DNA of 32,000 nt. Source: Propionibacterium ruminifibrarum (lineage in GTDB: Bacteria; Actinomycetota; Actinomycetes; Propionibacteriales; Propionibacteriaceae). Every line of letters starts with the position of its first letter. Within the stretch, counting starts at the first letter, position 1. Positions 7,379-15,656 of the stretch are shown piece by piece. Location: positions 30,001 to 62,000 of the forward strand of contig NZ_OMOH01000011.1 of NCBI RefSeq assembly GCF_900289195.1. Direction: 5' to 3'. The notes beneath the pieces were generated by a model. The model was not told the origin of the DNA. It did no database searches and worked only from the letters and a program-made list of their open reading frames with translations. The position numbers and the translations under genes were made by a program.

Positions 7379-9493
7379 TCACTGCCCTTCGAGGAAGGCG
7401 GCCGCCTTGTTCGCGGGCATCAGTTCGAAACCGTCCTTGGAACGGGTGAAACTGGCCGCGCCCCGGGCGATGCTGCGCAGGTCGATGGCGTAGTTGAGCA
7501 GTTCGAGCGCGGGCACCCGGGCGGTCACCGTGGTGAACCCGTCGTCGCCGGGTTCGGTGCCGTTGACCTGGCCGCGCCGGTTGCTCAGGTCGGTCATCAC
7601 GGTTCCCAGGTACTCGTTCGGGCAGCGCACCGCGACGGCGTCGACCGGCTCCAGCAGGGCCACCGTGTCGGGGCCGGCGGCCTCCCGCAGCGCCAGGGCG
7701 CCGGCCGACTGGAAGGCCATGTCGGAGGAGTCGACCGAATGGGCCTTGCCGTCGTGCAGCGTGACCTTGACGTCGACCATCGGGTGGCCGCTGATCGTGC
7801 CCTTGGCGAGCTGGGCGGCGATGCCCTTCTCGACCGAGCCGATGAACTGACGGGGAACGGCGCCGCCCACGACCTCGTCGACGAACACGAAACCGCTGCC
7901 CCGCTCGCCGGGTTCGACGCGGATGTCGCAGACCGCGTACTGGCCGTGGCCGCCGGACTGTTTGACGTGGCGGCCGTGACCCTCCGCCTTGGCGACGAAG
8001 GTCTCGCGCAGGCCGATACGCACCGGGGGCGTGTTCACCTGAACCCCGTAGCGCTCTCGCAGTCTCGAGAGCACGAGATCGCGATGGGCCTGACCCATCG
8101 TCCACAGGATCATCTGGTCGGTGTCGGGGTCGCGTTCGACCCGCACCGTCGGGTCCTCGATGACCAGGCGGTTCAGGGACGAGGCCAGCTTGTCCTCGTC
8201 GTTGCGCCCGGCCGCCTCGATGGCCGTCGGCAGCAGCGGCTCGGGCAGCGCCCACGGCTCGATGACGGCCGGGTGCTCGGCCTCGGAGAGGGTGTCCGAG
8301 GTGTCCGCCTTGGTCAGCTTGGCGACATAGACGATCTGGCCCGCGACGGCCCGGGACACCGGGGCGGTGCCGGTGCCGTCCGGGACGGTCAGCAGGCCGA
8401 CCCGCTCGGTGTCGTCGTGGTCCTCGCGGCCGTGCCGGACACCGGTCAGGGCCTCGCGGTGGCCGGCCACGTGGACGACGGTCTCGGGGGCGAGCACCCC
8501 GGAGTAGACCCGCACCATCGACAGGTGGCCCGCGTAGGGATCGGCGATCGTGCGGATCGTCTCGGCGAGCAGCGGGCCCTCCGGTGACCCGAGCTGCGGG
8601 TCGATGGGATCGTCGTTGAGGTCGGCGATGAGCGGCAGCGTGCGGCGGGTCGGGCGCGGGAAGCCGCGGTGGATGAAGCCCAGCACCTCCTCGGTGCCGA
8701 TGCCGTCCAGTCGCACGGGGATGACCGGGAAGAAATTGCCGTGGTACATGGCCGACAGCAGCGCCTCGACGACCTGGTCGTTGTTCAGCTCGTCACCGTT
8801 GAAGTAGTGCTCGAGCAGGGCGTCGTCCTCGGACTCGGTGATGATCGACTCGACGTAGTCGGTGCGGAAGTTCTCGATGAGGGCGCGCTGCGCCTCGTCC
8901 GCGTCGGTCGTGACGCGGCTGCCGCTCGAGTAGTCGTGCACGTGGCCGGTCAGCAGGCTCATGTTGCCGATGACCTGACCGTCGGCGTCCTCCAGCGGAA
9001 GATAGGCCGGGTGCGTGCCCGAACCGAAGGCCGTGGTGATGGCGTCGAGGGTGGTGTTGAAGTCTGCCTTGTCGGTGTCGAGCTTGGTGATGACGATCGC
9101 TCGCGGCATGCCCGTCGAGGCGCACTCCGCCCACAGCGAGGTGGTGATCGGGTCGAGGCCGTCGGCGGCGCTGATGACGAAGATGGCCCCGTCCGCCGCG
9201 CGCAGCCCGGCCCGCAGCTCACCGGCGAAGTCGGGGTGGCCGGGCGCGTCGAGCAGGTTGATGACGACGTCCCCGTCGGCCGTGTCGTGGTGGTTGACGA
9301 CGCTGGCGAGCGTGAGCGCGCCGCCGCGCTCCGGGTCCTCCTTGTCGGGGCGGTAGTCGGGGATTCGGGCTCTCAAGAGGTTCTGGAACAGCGTGGTCTT
9401 GCCGCTGCCGGACGAGCCGACGAGGACCACGTTGCGCAGATCTTCCGGTCCTTGGATCTGTGATGCGACGTTCGTCTTTGAACTCATGTGCAC
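7379..9493 (-). CDS. Elongation factor G-like GTPase paralogue (EF-G2 / FusA2 type)
   Basis: About 700 aa with EF-G domain architecture. G1 GSSGSGKTT, G3 DAPGHPDF, G4 ITKLD, and C-terminal EF-G domain IV/V-like sequence. The start is GTG 9493 or ATG 9487. Confidence 0.88.
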   Translation of the reverse strand: MHMSSKTNVASQIQGPEDLRNVVLVGSSGSGKTTLFQNLLRARIPDYRPDKEDPERGGALTLASVVNHHDTADGDVVINLLDAPGHPDFAGELRAGLRAADGAIFVISAADGLDPITTSLWAECASTGMPRAIVITKLDTDKADFNTTLDAITTAFGSGTHPAYLPLEDADGQVIGNMSLLTGHVHDYSSGSRVTTDADEAQRALIENFRTDYVESIITESEDDALLEHYFNGDELNNDQVVEALLSAMYHGNFFPVIPVRLDGIGTEEVLGFIHRGFPRPTRRTLPLIADLNDDPIDPQLGSPEGPLLAETIRTIADPYAGHLSMVRVYSGVLAPETVVHVAGHREALTGVRHGREDHDDTERVGLLTVPDGTGTAPVSRAVAGQIVYVAKLTKADTSDTLSEAEHPAVIEPWALPEPLLPTAIEAAGRNDEDKLASSLNRLVIEDPTVRVERDPDTDQMILWTMGQAHRDLVLSRLRERYGVQVNTPPVRIGLRETFVAKAEGHGRHVKQSGGHGQYAVCDIRVEPGERGSGFVFVDEVVGGAVPRQFIGSVEKGIAAQLAKGTISGHPMVDVKVTLHDGKAHSVDSSDMAFQSAGALALREAAGPDTVALLEPVDAVAVRCPNEYLGTVMTDLSNRRGQVNGTEPGDDGFTTVTARVPALELLNYAIDLRSIARGAASFTRSKDGFELMPANKAAAFLEGQ

Positions 9494-9555
9494 ACATTGC
9501 CCCGACTCGGCCGCTGTGGCAAGGAGCGTCGGCCGGATACGGGGCGATGGGCGAG

Positions 9556-9588
9556 AAAAAGGGAGTCCCGGCGCCTGCCGGGACTCCC
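9556..9588 (-). terminator. Rho-independent terminator downstream of the wall-hydrolase gene
   Basis: Perfect 12-bp stem GGGAGTCCCGGC / GCCGGGACTCCC (9561-9572 and 9577-9588) with a 4-nt loop. On the minus strand it is followed by TTTTTCTC (plus-strand A-run at 9556-9560). It lies 14 nt after the stop at 9602. Confidence 0.8.
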
Positions 9589-9601
9589 TGGGAGCATGTG
9601 A

Positions 9602-10585
9602 TCAGCGGGTTGCGCTGGGCAGCCAGACCGTGGACCAGCCGATGATCGGCTCACCCCAGCCGTCGGCCGGCTCGTCGATCGAGATGAGGCCGACACCGCC
9701 GTTCGCGGCGCCGTTGGAGTAGACCATGCCGTCCCCGGCGTACATCGCGACGTGGCCGAAGGGGTTGCCGGACGGGCCGCCGTCGTACCAGATGAGGGCG
9801 CCGACGGGGATGTTCGTCATGTCCTTGTGCATCTGCCCGGCGGCCTCGATGGCGGCCGCGGCATCGGTGGCGGAGTTCACGCCGGCGCTGCTGTAGCCGT
9901 AGAAGGCGGCCGACAGGGCCAGGCACATGTTGCCGTAGTTCTGGTCGCCGACCATCGACTTGGCCTTCTCGATGGCCTCGGCGGTCGACAGCGGTGCCAG
10001 CTGGCCGGGCGCGGTGACACTGGCCGGGTCGACCGTGGTGGAGACCTGCACAGTGATGGGTTCGACCTCGACGACGGCCGGGGTCTCCTCCTCGGGTTCG
10101 GCGGTCTCACCGGCGATCGCGTCCGCCTCGGTGCCGACCTCGTCGGTGTCGACGGCCTCGACCTCGGCGGTGTTCTGCGGGGTGGCGGTGCCCGAGGCCA
10201 TGGCGCTGTTGGTGATGGCCAGCCCGCCGGAGACGGTACCGATGACGGCCGCCAGGCCGAGACCTGCGGCCATGAAGCGCGAGTCGCGGCGCTTGCGGCG
10301 CGGCGCCGCCTTGATGAAGGCGCGCTCGGCGGCCGGCTCGTCGAGGGTCAGCGAGACGGGGACGGCGTGCTCCGCCGCGCGGCGGGCGCGGGTCGGTTCG
10401 GTCGCAGCGAGTGACTCCGACAACGCCCTGCGGGCGGCGGGGGCGGTGATGAACTCGTCAGCGGCCAGTGCCCGCTTGGCCGAGGTGGCGGGCATGGCCC
10501 GCCGTGCCGTGGTGGCTGCAGTGGTGGTGAGTGTCGCCGAGATCGTGTCGACCGGCTGCTCGACCAGTGCCCTGCGTGCGCTCAT
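9602..10585 (-). CDS. Membrane-anchored cell-wall hydrolase with C-terminal NlpC/P60- or CHAP-like papain-fold domain
   Basis: One TM (FMAAGLGLAAVIGTVSGGLAI) after a basic N-terminal region, then an acidic linker. The C-terminal domain has a candidate Cys nucleophile (YGNMCLALSAAFYGY), PVGALIWYDGG and His (FGHVAMYAGDGMVYSN). SD GAGGA lies 9 nt upstream of the ATG. Confidence 0.75.
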   Translation of the reverse strand: MSARRALVEQPVDTISATLTTTAATTARRAMPATSAKRALAADEFITAPAARRALSESLAATEPTRARRAAEHAVPVSLTLDEPAAERAFIKAAPRRKRRDSRFMAAGLGLAAVIGTVSGGLAITNSAMASGTATPQNTAEVEAVDTDEVGTEADAIAGETAEPEEETPAVVEVEPITVQVSTTVDPASVTAPGQLAPLSTAEAIEKAKSMVGDQNYGNMCLALSAAFYGYSSAGVNSATDAAAAIEAAGQMHKDMTNIPVGALIWYDGGPSGNPFGHVAMYAGDGMVYSNGAANGGVGLISIDEPADGWGEPIIGWSTVWLPSATR

Positions 10586-10659
10586 TCAACAAATCCTCAC
10601 GGTTTGTGGGGGAGAACTAAGGGTGCACTACCGCGCTCCCTGAATCTGTTTCTGAAAAA

Positions 10660-10688
10660 AGACTAAGACTCTTCAGAAAGCAGGTCAA
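10660..10688 (-). promoter_or_regulatory. Candidate sigma-A type promoter of the hydrolase gene
   Basis: On the minus strand: TTGACC (10688-10683), a 17-nt spacer, then TAGTCT (10665-10660). It sits inside the only AT-rich island of the region and predicts a leader of about 65 nt. Confidence 0.45.
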
Positions 10689-10924
10689 CTTGAGGGCATT
10701 CGGTTGCAGTTTTCTCAGGTCGCTCCCAGGTGCCATGACACCGCCTGCGTCCGACCCCTCAGGGTTCCGGGGCTCGCGGCCCAAGACCGTCGCTCGAGCG
10801 GCCCGGGAATGCGCCGCCGTACCCCCGCCGACGGCCGGCAGGGGCGTCGACCGTCGGGCGTCGGCGGGCGATGATACCAAGCGCCCCCTCCGGCGCATTG
10901 TGGCGGCCGAGACCGGGGCCTGGT

Positions 10925-10930
10925 TAGGCT
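10925..10930 (+). promoter_or_regulatory. Candidate -10 box (TAGGCT) 7 nt upstream of the ATG, suggesting a leaderless transcript
   Basis: TAnnnT hexamer, 7 nt, then the ATG at 10938. No SD is present. Confidence 0.3.
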
Positions 10931-10937
10931 GCCGGCC

Positions 10938-12908
10938 ATGTGGAGGCAGCTCAATCGCTGGATCATTCACCCCGTCGCGTGGGTGATCGTGATGCTCGCC
11001 GTCTTCGCCTTCGTCTCGTTCAAGTCGGCGCCGCCCTCGCAGTCGGACGCGGGATTCACCGTCACATCCTTCGACGGCGACTACTCGGTCAGTGAACAGG
11101 ACGGGAAGCTGCGGCTGGAGGTCGTGGAGACGATCACGGTGCAGTTCCTGCAGTGGGGTCTGCACGGCATCGAGCGCACGCTCCCCACCGTCTACGGCGA
11201 CTCCGACCTGGGTCTGACCGACGTGAGCGTCACCGACGAGAACGGCAACCCGGTCAGGACCACCACCCGCAGCCATGGTCAGGCCGGTTCCTCGGACGTG
11301 CAGGACGGCACCGTCAGCGTACGGATCGGCGACGCGTCACAGACCGTCAGGGGCGGCAAGACCTACGTGCTGCACTACGCCTACACGAACGCCATGGTGG
11401 GCACCCGCGACGGCCAGGAGCTCTACTTCGACGTCAACGGCACCGGCTGGGTGGCGGGCATCGGGGCCATCACGGCCACGGTGCACCTCGACCCGGCACT
11501 CACCGACTCGCTGACCGGCGCCCAGTCCTGCTACCGCGGCGCGGCCGGCTCCACCCGGCAGTGCGCGATCTCGCGCACCGGTGACGGCTTCCGGGTGAGT
11601 GAGACCGATTTCGCTGCGGGTCAGAACGTGACGATCGCGATCGGTTTCCGGCCCGGCACCGTTGCGACGACGATCCAGGCCCCCGGGACCCCGCCCGGCC
11701 TGCTGCTCTGGGCGCCGCCGGCCATCGCATTGCTCGCCCTGGTCATTGCCCTGGGCGTCCGGCACAGTCACCGCCACCCGCGTCTGCTGCGCAGGGAACC
11801 GGTTCCGGTGAACTTCGTCCCGCCGGCCAAGCTCTCACCTCTCGTCGCGGCCGACTTCCTCGGCTACCCGGCGAACGGCATGGCCGCCTGGCTGACCCAG
11901 CTGGTCTGGGAGGGGCGGGCCCGGATCCTCCAGGACGAACCCGCCGGTGACGACGCATCGGCCCCGCCCCTACGCGTCGTCCTGGGCGCCGAGGACGAGT
12001 TCTCGGGTCGGGAATGGGACGCGCTCGCCCCGTTCAGCGGCGGCCCCGGCGGCGTGCGGCTCGACGAGGCACGCTCCCCGGAGGCGCTCGAGCGGTCGGC
12101 GAAGGCCCGGACCACGATGTTCTCCATCGCAGGGCTGCGTCTGGACAGCTCCCTGCCCTCGGTCCTGCTGTACGGCGGCGTGATCGGCCTCTACGCGGTG
12201 GGCCTGCTCGCCTTCGTCGCCGGAGAGTTCACGAACGCCGACGACACGAAAGGTCTCGTGCGCTTCCTGCTCGTCGGCGTCATCTCCTGCCTGGGCGTCA
12301 TCGCCGCCTCCTACTACGCGCCGACCCACGGACGCATGACGGACCGGGGCAAGAAGGTGCTCATCGAGCTCGAGGGGCTGCGCGAGTTCATCACGATGGC
12401 CGAGGCCGACCGCATCAGGGTGCTGTCCGGCGTCGACGCGTCGTCCCGGACCGACGAACCGGCCGGGGCGGGTGGCGTCCACCAGGTCGAGATCACCGAG
12501 TCGCTTCTGCCCTGGGCGATCGTCTTCGGGTGCGAGGACAGCTGGCGCAGGGCCATCGGTGAGCTGCGGGCCTCGATCCCGCAGGTGCAGCTGCCCGACA
12601 TCGAGCTGCCGACCGTCGAGATCGGCCGTGAGATGAGCCACCACTACCGGCGCTACCAGCGGCGCTACGACACCGACAGCAACTCCTTCTTCGCCACCCG
12701 CAGCCCCTTCGGCCAGGGCTCCGTCTCCACCGGGATCTCCAACCTGCTCGACGGCTGGTCGAGCGCCCACAGCAGGGACGGCGACGGCGGCGGGTCCGGC
12801 TGGGGCGGTGGCTTCTTCACCGGCGGCGGATCGTCCTTCTCGGGCGGCTCCCACGGCGGTGGCCACTCCGGCGGCGGCATCGGCGGCGGGGGCGGCCGGG
12901 CCTGGTGA
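10938..12908 (+). CDS. DUF2207 domain-containing membrane protein
   Basis: N-terminal TM, then an extracytoplasmic beta-rich domain (FTVTSFDGDYSVSEQDGKLRLEVVETITVQF...GIERTLP). It also has central and C-terminal TM segments and the typical Gly-rich tail (GGGSGWGGGFFTGGGSSFSGGSHGGGHSGGGIGGGGG). Confidence 0.8.
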   Translation: MWRQLNRWIIHPVAWVIVMLAVFAFVSFKSAPPSQSDAGFTVTSFDGDYSVSEQDGKLRLEVVETITVQFLQWGLHGIERTLPTVYGDSDLGLTDVSVTDENGNPVRTTTRSHGQAGSSDVQDGTVSVRIGDASQTVRGGKTYVLHYAYTNAMVGTRDGQELYFDVNGTGWVAGIGAITATVHLDPALTDSLTGAQSCYRGAAGSTRQCAISRTGDGFRVSETDFAAGQNVTIAIGFRPGTVATTIQAPGTPPGLLLWAPPAIALLALVIALGVRHSHRHPRLLRREPVPVNFVPPAKLSPLVAADFLGYPANGMAAWLTQLVWEGRARILQDEPAGDDASAPPLRVVLGAEDEFSGREWDALAPFSGGPGGVRLDEARSPEALERSAKARTTMFSIAGLRLDSSLPSVLLYGGVIGLYAVGLLAFVAGEFTNADDTKGLVRFLLVGVISCLGVIAASYYAPTHGRMTDRGKKVLIELEGLREFITMAEADRIRVLSGVDASSRTDEPAGAGGVHQVEITESLLPWAIVFGCEDSWRRAIGELRASIPQVQLPDIELPTVEIGREMSHHYRRYQRRYDTDSNSFFATRSPFGQGSVSTGISNLLDGWSSAHSRDGDGGGSGWGGGFFTGGGSSFSGGSHGGGHSGGGIGGGGGRAW

Positions 12909-12913
12909 GTTCC

Positions 12914-12945
12914 CACGCGCCGCCTCGGAGCCGCCGCGGCGCGTG
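12914..12945 (+). terminator. GC-rich hairpin after the DUF2207 gene (terminator-like, no clear U-tract)
   Basis: 10-bp perfect stem CACGCGCCGC / GCGGCGCGTG with a 12-nt loop, beginning 6 nt after the stop. Confidence 0.35.
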
Positions 12946-12955
12946 CCCGTCCGCT

Positions 12956-12985
12956 TTGACCTGAGCGGGGTGTGAGGGTTATTGT
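12956..12985 (+). promoter_or_regulatory. Candidate promoter of the rplM-rpsI operon
   Basis: TTGACC (12956-12961), an 18-nt spacer, then TATTGT (12980-12985). It predicts a leader of about 125 nt before the rplM GTG. Confidence 0.5.
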
Positions 12986-13116
12986 TAGTCGCTGTTGCGT
13001 CTCCGCCATGGCGATGCGCCGGCGCGGTGAGTCGTCCGAGGGCGCTCACGGGCCCGGCCCGGCCGTGCGGAGCGTGCTCAGAATCCGTAGTGACTAGTGG
13101 AAGATGGTCTGCGACC

Positions 13117-13560
13117 GTGTCAACCTACAGCCCGAAGCCCGGCGACATCACCAGGGCCTGGCATGTCATCGATGCCGAGGACGTCGTGCTCGGCCGTCTC
13201 GCCGTGACCGCTGCCACCTTGCTGCGCGGCAAGAACAAGCCAACCTACGCACCGCACATGGACACCGGCGACTTCGTCGTCGTCGTCAACGCGTCCAAGA
13301 TCGCCCTGACCGGCAAGAAGCGCACCGATTCGCTGCGCTACAACCACTCCGGCCGTCCCGGCGGCCTGCGCGTCACCACCATCGGCGAGCTGCTCGAGAA
13401 GGACCCCCGCCAGGCCGTCGAGCGCGCCGTCTGGGGCATGATGCCGAAGAACAAGCTGAGCCGCCAGCAGATGAGGAAGCTGAAGGTGTACGCCGGCCCC
13501 GAGCACCCGCACAAGGCCCAGGCGCCCCAGCCCTACCAGATCACCCAGATCGCGCAGTGA
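13117..13560 (+). CDS. rplM: 50S ribosomal protein L13
   Basis: (V)[28 protein letters not shown]...[25 protein letters not shown]...[13 protein letters not shown] start at 13117, chosen by N-terminal alignment to the typical M-x-TY-x-PK L13 start. Confidence 0.92.
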   Translation: MSTYSPKPGDITRAWHVIDAEDVVLGRLAVTAATLLRGKNKPTYAPHMDTGDFVVVVNASKIALTGKKRTDSLRYNHSGRPGGLRVTTIGELLEKDPRQAVERAVWGMMPKNKLSRQQMRKLKVYAGPEHPHKAQAPQPYQITQIAQ

Positions 13561-13574
13561 GTGAGGATTTGACT

Positions 13575-14093
13575 GTGTCTGAGACCGTGAACGAGGACAT
13601 CGAGACCGGCACCACGCCGTTCACCGACGAGAGCAACCGCGAGATCGCCTACCGCTCCGACTCCGCGGGCGCCACTGCGACCGCCTCGGAGCGCCCCGCC
13701 GTCATCGCCCCCGGCGCCGGCACCGGCCGCCGCAAGGAGGCCGTGGCGCGCGTCCGCCTGGTGCCCGGTACCGGCAGCTACCAGGTCAACGGCCGCACCC
13801 TCGACGAGTACTTCCCCAACAAGGTGCACCAGCAGCTCATCAACGAACCCTTCGTCGCCGCCGGTGCTGCCGGCGCCTACGACGTGATCGCCCGGATCGA
13901 CGGCGGCGGGACGACCGGCCAGGCCGGTGCCCTGCGCCTGGGCATCGCCCGCGCGCTCAACGCCATCGACACCGAGGCCAACCGTCCGGCCCTGAAGAAG
14001 GCCGGTCTGCTCACGCGCGACGCCCGCGTCAAGGAGCGCAAGAAGGCGGGTCTCAAGAAGGCCCGCAAGGCCCCGCAGTACTCCAAGCGCTGA
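13575..14093 (+). CDS. rpsI: 30S ribosomal protein S9
   Basis: [26 protein letters not shown]...[19 protein letters not shown]...[25 protein letters not shown]. The GTG at 13575 has GAGGA 8 nt upstream. The GTG at 13557 (GTGA overlap with rplM) is an alternative. Confidence 0.92.
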   Translation: MSETVNEDIETGTTPFTDESNREIAYRSDSAGATATASERPAVIAPGAGTGRRKEAVARVRLVPGTGSYQVNGRTLDEYFPNKVHQQLINEPFVAAGAAGAYDVIARIDGGGTTGQAGALRLGIARALNAIDTEANRPALKKAGLLTRDARVKERKKAGLKKARKAPQYSKR

Positions 14094-14109
14094 TCGCTCG
14101 ACGCCCGAT

Positions 14110-14148
14110 GGCCAGGCCCGGTCCCTCACGCAGGGGCCGGGCCTGGCC
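14110..14148 (+). terminator. Strong GC-rich hairpin after rpsI (terminator-like)
   Basis: 16-bp stem GGCCAGGCCCGGTCCC / GGGGCCGGGCCTGGCC (one G-U pair) with a 7-nt loop. No U-tract. Confidence 0.5.
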
Positions 14149-14240
14149 GCGTCACGGGCGGGTCCGCCGCCCGGCGCGGGGGCGTCGCGGCGCCCGTCCC
14201 ACGTGCGGCGCGCTGGAGGCGCGGCGGCGCGGGCTGTGAG

Positions 14241-14246
14241 TAGAGT
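14241..14246 (+). promoter_or_regulatory. Candidate -10 box (TAGAGT) 6 nt upstream of the glmM ATG (leaderless)
   Basis: tgtgagTAGAGTtcccccATG. No SD is present. Confidence 0.4.
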
Positions 14247-14252
14247 TCCCCC

Positions 14253-15608
14253 ATGGCTCGATTGTTCGGAACCGACGGCGTCCGTGGTGTCGCCAATGGT
14301 GATCTCACCGCAGAACTCGCCCTCGACCTGTCCGTCGCCGCCGCGCACGTGCTCGGCGAGGCCGGCGCCTTCGACGACCGTCGTCCGGTGGCGATCGTCG
14401 GACGCGACACCCGCATCTCCGGCGAATTCCTGCAGGCCGCCGTCATGGCCGGCCTGGCCAGCGCCGGGGTGGACGTCATCGACGTCGGCGTCATCCCCAC
14501 CCCCGGCCTGGCCTACCTGGTCGCCACGCAGGAGGTCGACCTGGGGGTCATGCTCTCGGCCAGCCACAACCCCATGCCCGACAACGGCATCAAGTTCTTC
14601 GCCCGCGGCGGCGTCAAACTCGACGACGCCATCGAGGACGCCATCCAGGAGCACCTGGGTGAGGAGTGGAAGCGCCCCACCGGGGCGGGGGTCGGACACA
14701 TCCGCGTCGACGACGAACTGCTGGGCACCTACATCAACCATCTGGCCGCCTCCCTCGGCGGGGTGAGCCTGAAGGGCCTGCGCGTCGTCCTCGACTGCGC
14801 CAACGGCGCCTCCTCGGTCACCGCCGTCCCGGCCTTCGAGGCCGCCGGTGCCGAGGTCATCGGCATCCACTGCGAGCCCGACGGCCTCAACATCAACGAC
14901 GGCTGCGGTTCCACGCACATCGAGAGCCTGCAGGCCGAGGTCGTCGCCCGCAACGCCGACCTGGGGTTCGCGTTCGACGGCGACGCCGACCGCTGCCAGG
15001 GCGTCGACGCCCAGGGCAACTGGGTCGACGGCGACCAGATCATGGCCATTCTCGCCCTGGGGCTGCAGGCCGAGAACAAGCTGGCCGACAACACCCTCGT
15101 CGCCACGGTCATGAGCAATCTCGGCCTCATCGTCGCCATGCGCGAGCACGGCATCCACGTCGACCAGACGAAGGTCGGCGACCGCTACGTGCTCGAGGAC
15201 ATGGCGGCCAACGGCTTCACCCTCGGCGGCGAGCAGTCCGGCCACGTCATCATGAGCGAGTTCGCCACCACCGGGGACGGCGTGCTCACCGGCCTGCACG
15301 TGGCGGCCGCCGTCGCCAAGAGCGGGTCGCCGCTCGCCGACCTGGCGGGCGTCATGACCCGGCTGCCCCAGGCGCTGGTCAACGTGCCGGACGTGGACAA
15401 GCTGCGCGCCGCCCTCGACCCGGTCATCACCAGCCAGGTCGCCACGACCAGCAAGGAGCTCGGCGACACCGGGCGGGTCGTGCTGCGTCCCAGCGGCACC
15501 GAACCGCTAGTGCGGGTCATGGTCGAGGCGGCCACCCAGGAGCAGGCCGACGAGATCGCCCACCGGCTGGCCGGTGTCGTCGCCGAACGCGTCGGCCTGA
15601 AGCAGTAG
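14253..15608 (+). CDS. glmM: Phosphoglucosamine mutase
   Basis: MARLFGTDGVRGVANG..., active-site SASHNPMPDNGIKFF, ...FDGDADR..., ...GGEQSGH..., ...LRPSGTEPLVRVMVEA. Confidence 0.95.
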   Translation: MARLFGTDGVRGVANGDLTAELALDLSVAAAHVLGEAGAFDDRRPVAIVGRDTRISGEFLQAAVMAGLASAGVDVIDVGVIPTPGLAYLVATQEVDLGVMLSASHNPMPDNGIKFFARGGVKLDDAIEDAIQEHLGEEWKRPTGAGVGHIRVDDELLGTYINHLAASLGGVSLKGLRVVLDCANGASSVTAVPAFEAAGAEVIGIHCEPDGLNINDGCGSTHIESLQAEVVARNADLGFAFDGDADRCQGVDAQGNWVDGDQIMAILALGLQAENKLADNTLVATVMSNLGLIVAMREHGIHVDQTKVGDRYVLEDMAANGFTLGGEQSGHVIMSEFATTGDGVLTGLHVAAAVAKSGSPLADLAGVMTRLPQALVNVPDVDKLRAALDPVITSQVATTSKELGDTGRVVLRPSGTEPLVRVMVEAATQEQADEIAHRLAGVVAERVGLKQ

Positions 15609-15619
15609 CCGGCCCGGGG

Positions 15620-15642
15620 CCGGTCCCGCGGTGCGGGGCCGG
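15620..15642. terminator. Hairpin between convergent glmM and coaA (possible bidirectional terminator)
   Basis: CCGGTCCCGC-ggt-GCGGGGCCGG: a 10-bp stem with one G-U pair and a 3-nt loop. No U-tract on either strand. Confidence 0.35.
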
Positions 15643-15656
15643 GGTCCTGCGCCCCG

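Noticed and set aside
10586-10800. A possible ydaO-type (c-di-AMP) riboswitch upstream of the wall hydrolase. Such riboswitches precede rpf and NlpC/P60 genes in Actinobacteria.
   Set aside because: A good promoter (TTGACC-17-TAGTCT) lies only about 65 nt from the ATG, which is too short for the aptamer of about 130 nt. I could find only vague resemblance (CCGAAUGCCCUCAAGUUGACCUGC) to the conserved CCGAAnCCGACAGCUAACCUCG segment, and that segment lies upstream of the predicted TSS. A covariance-model scan would settle it.
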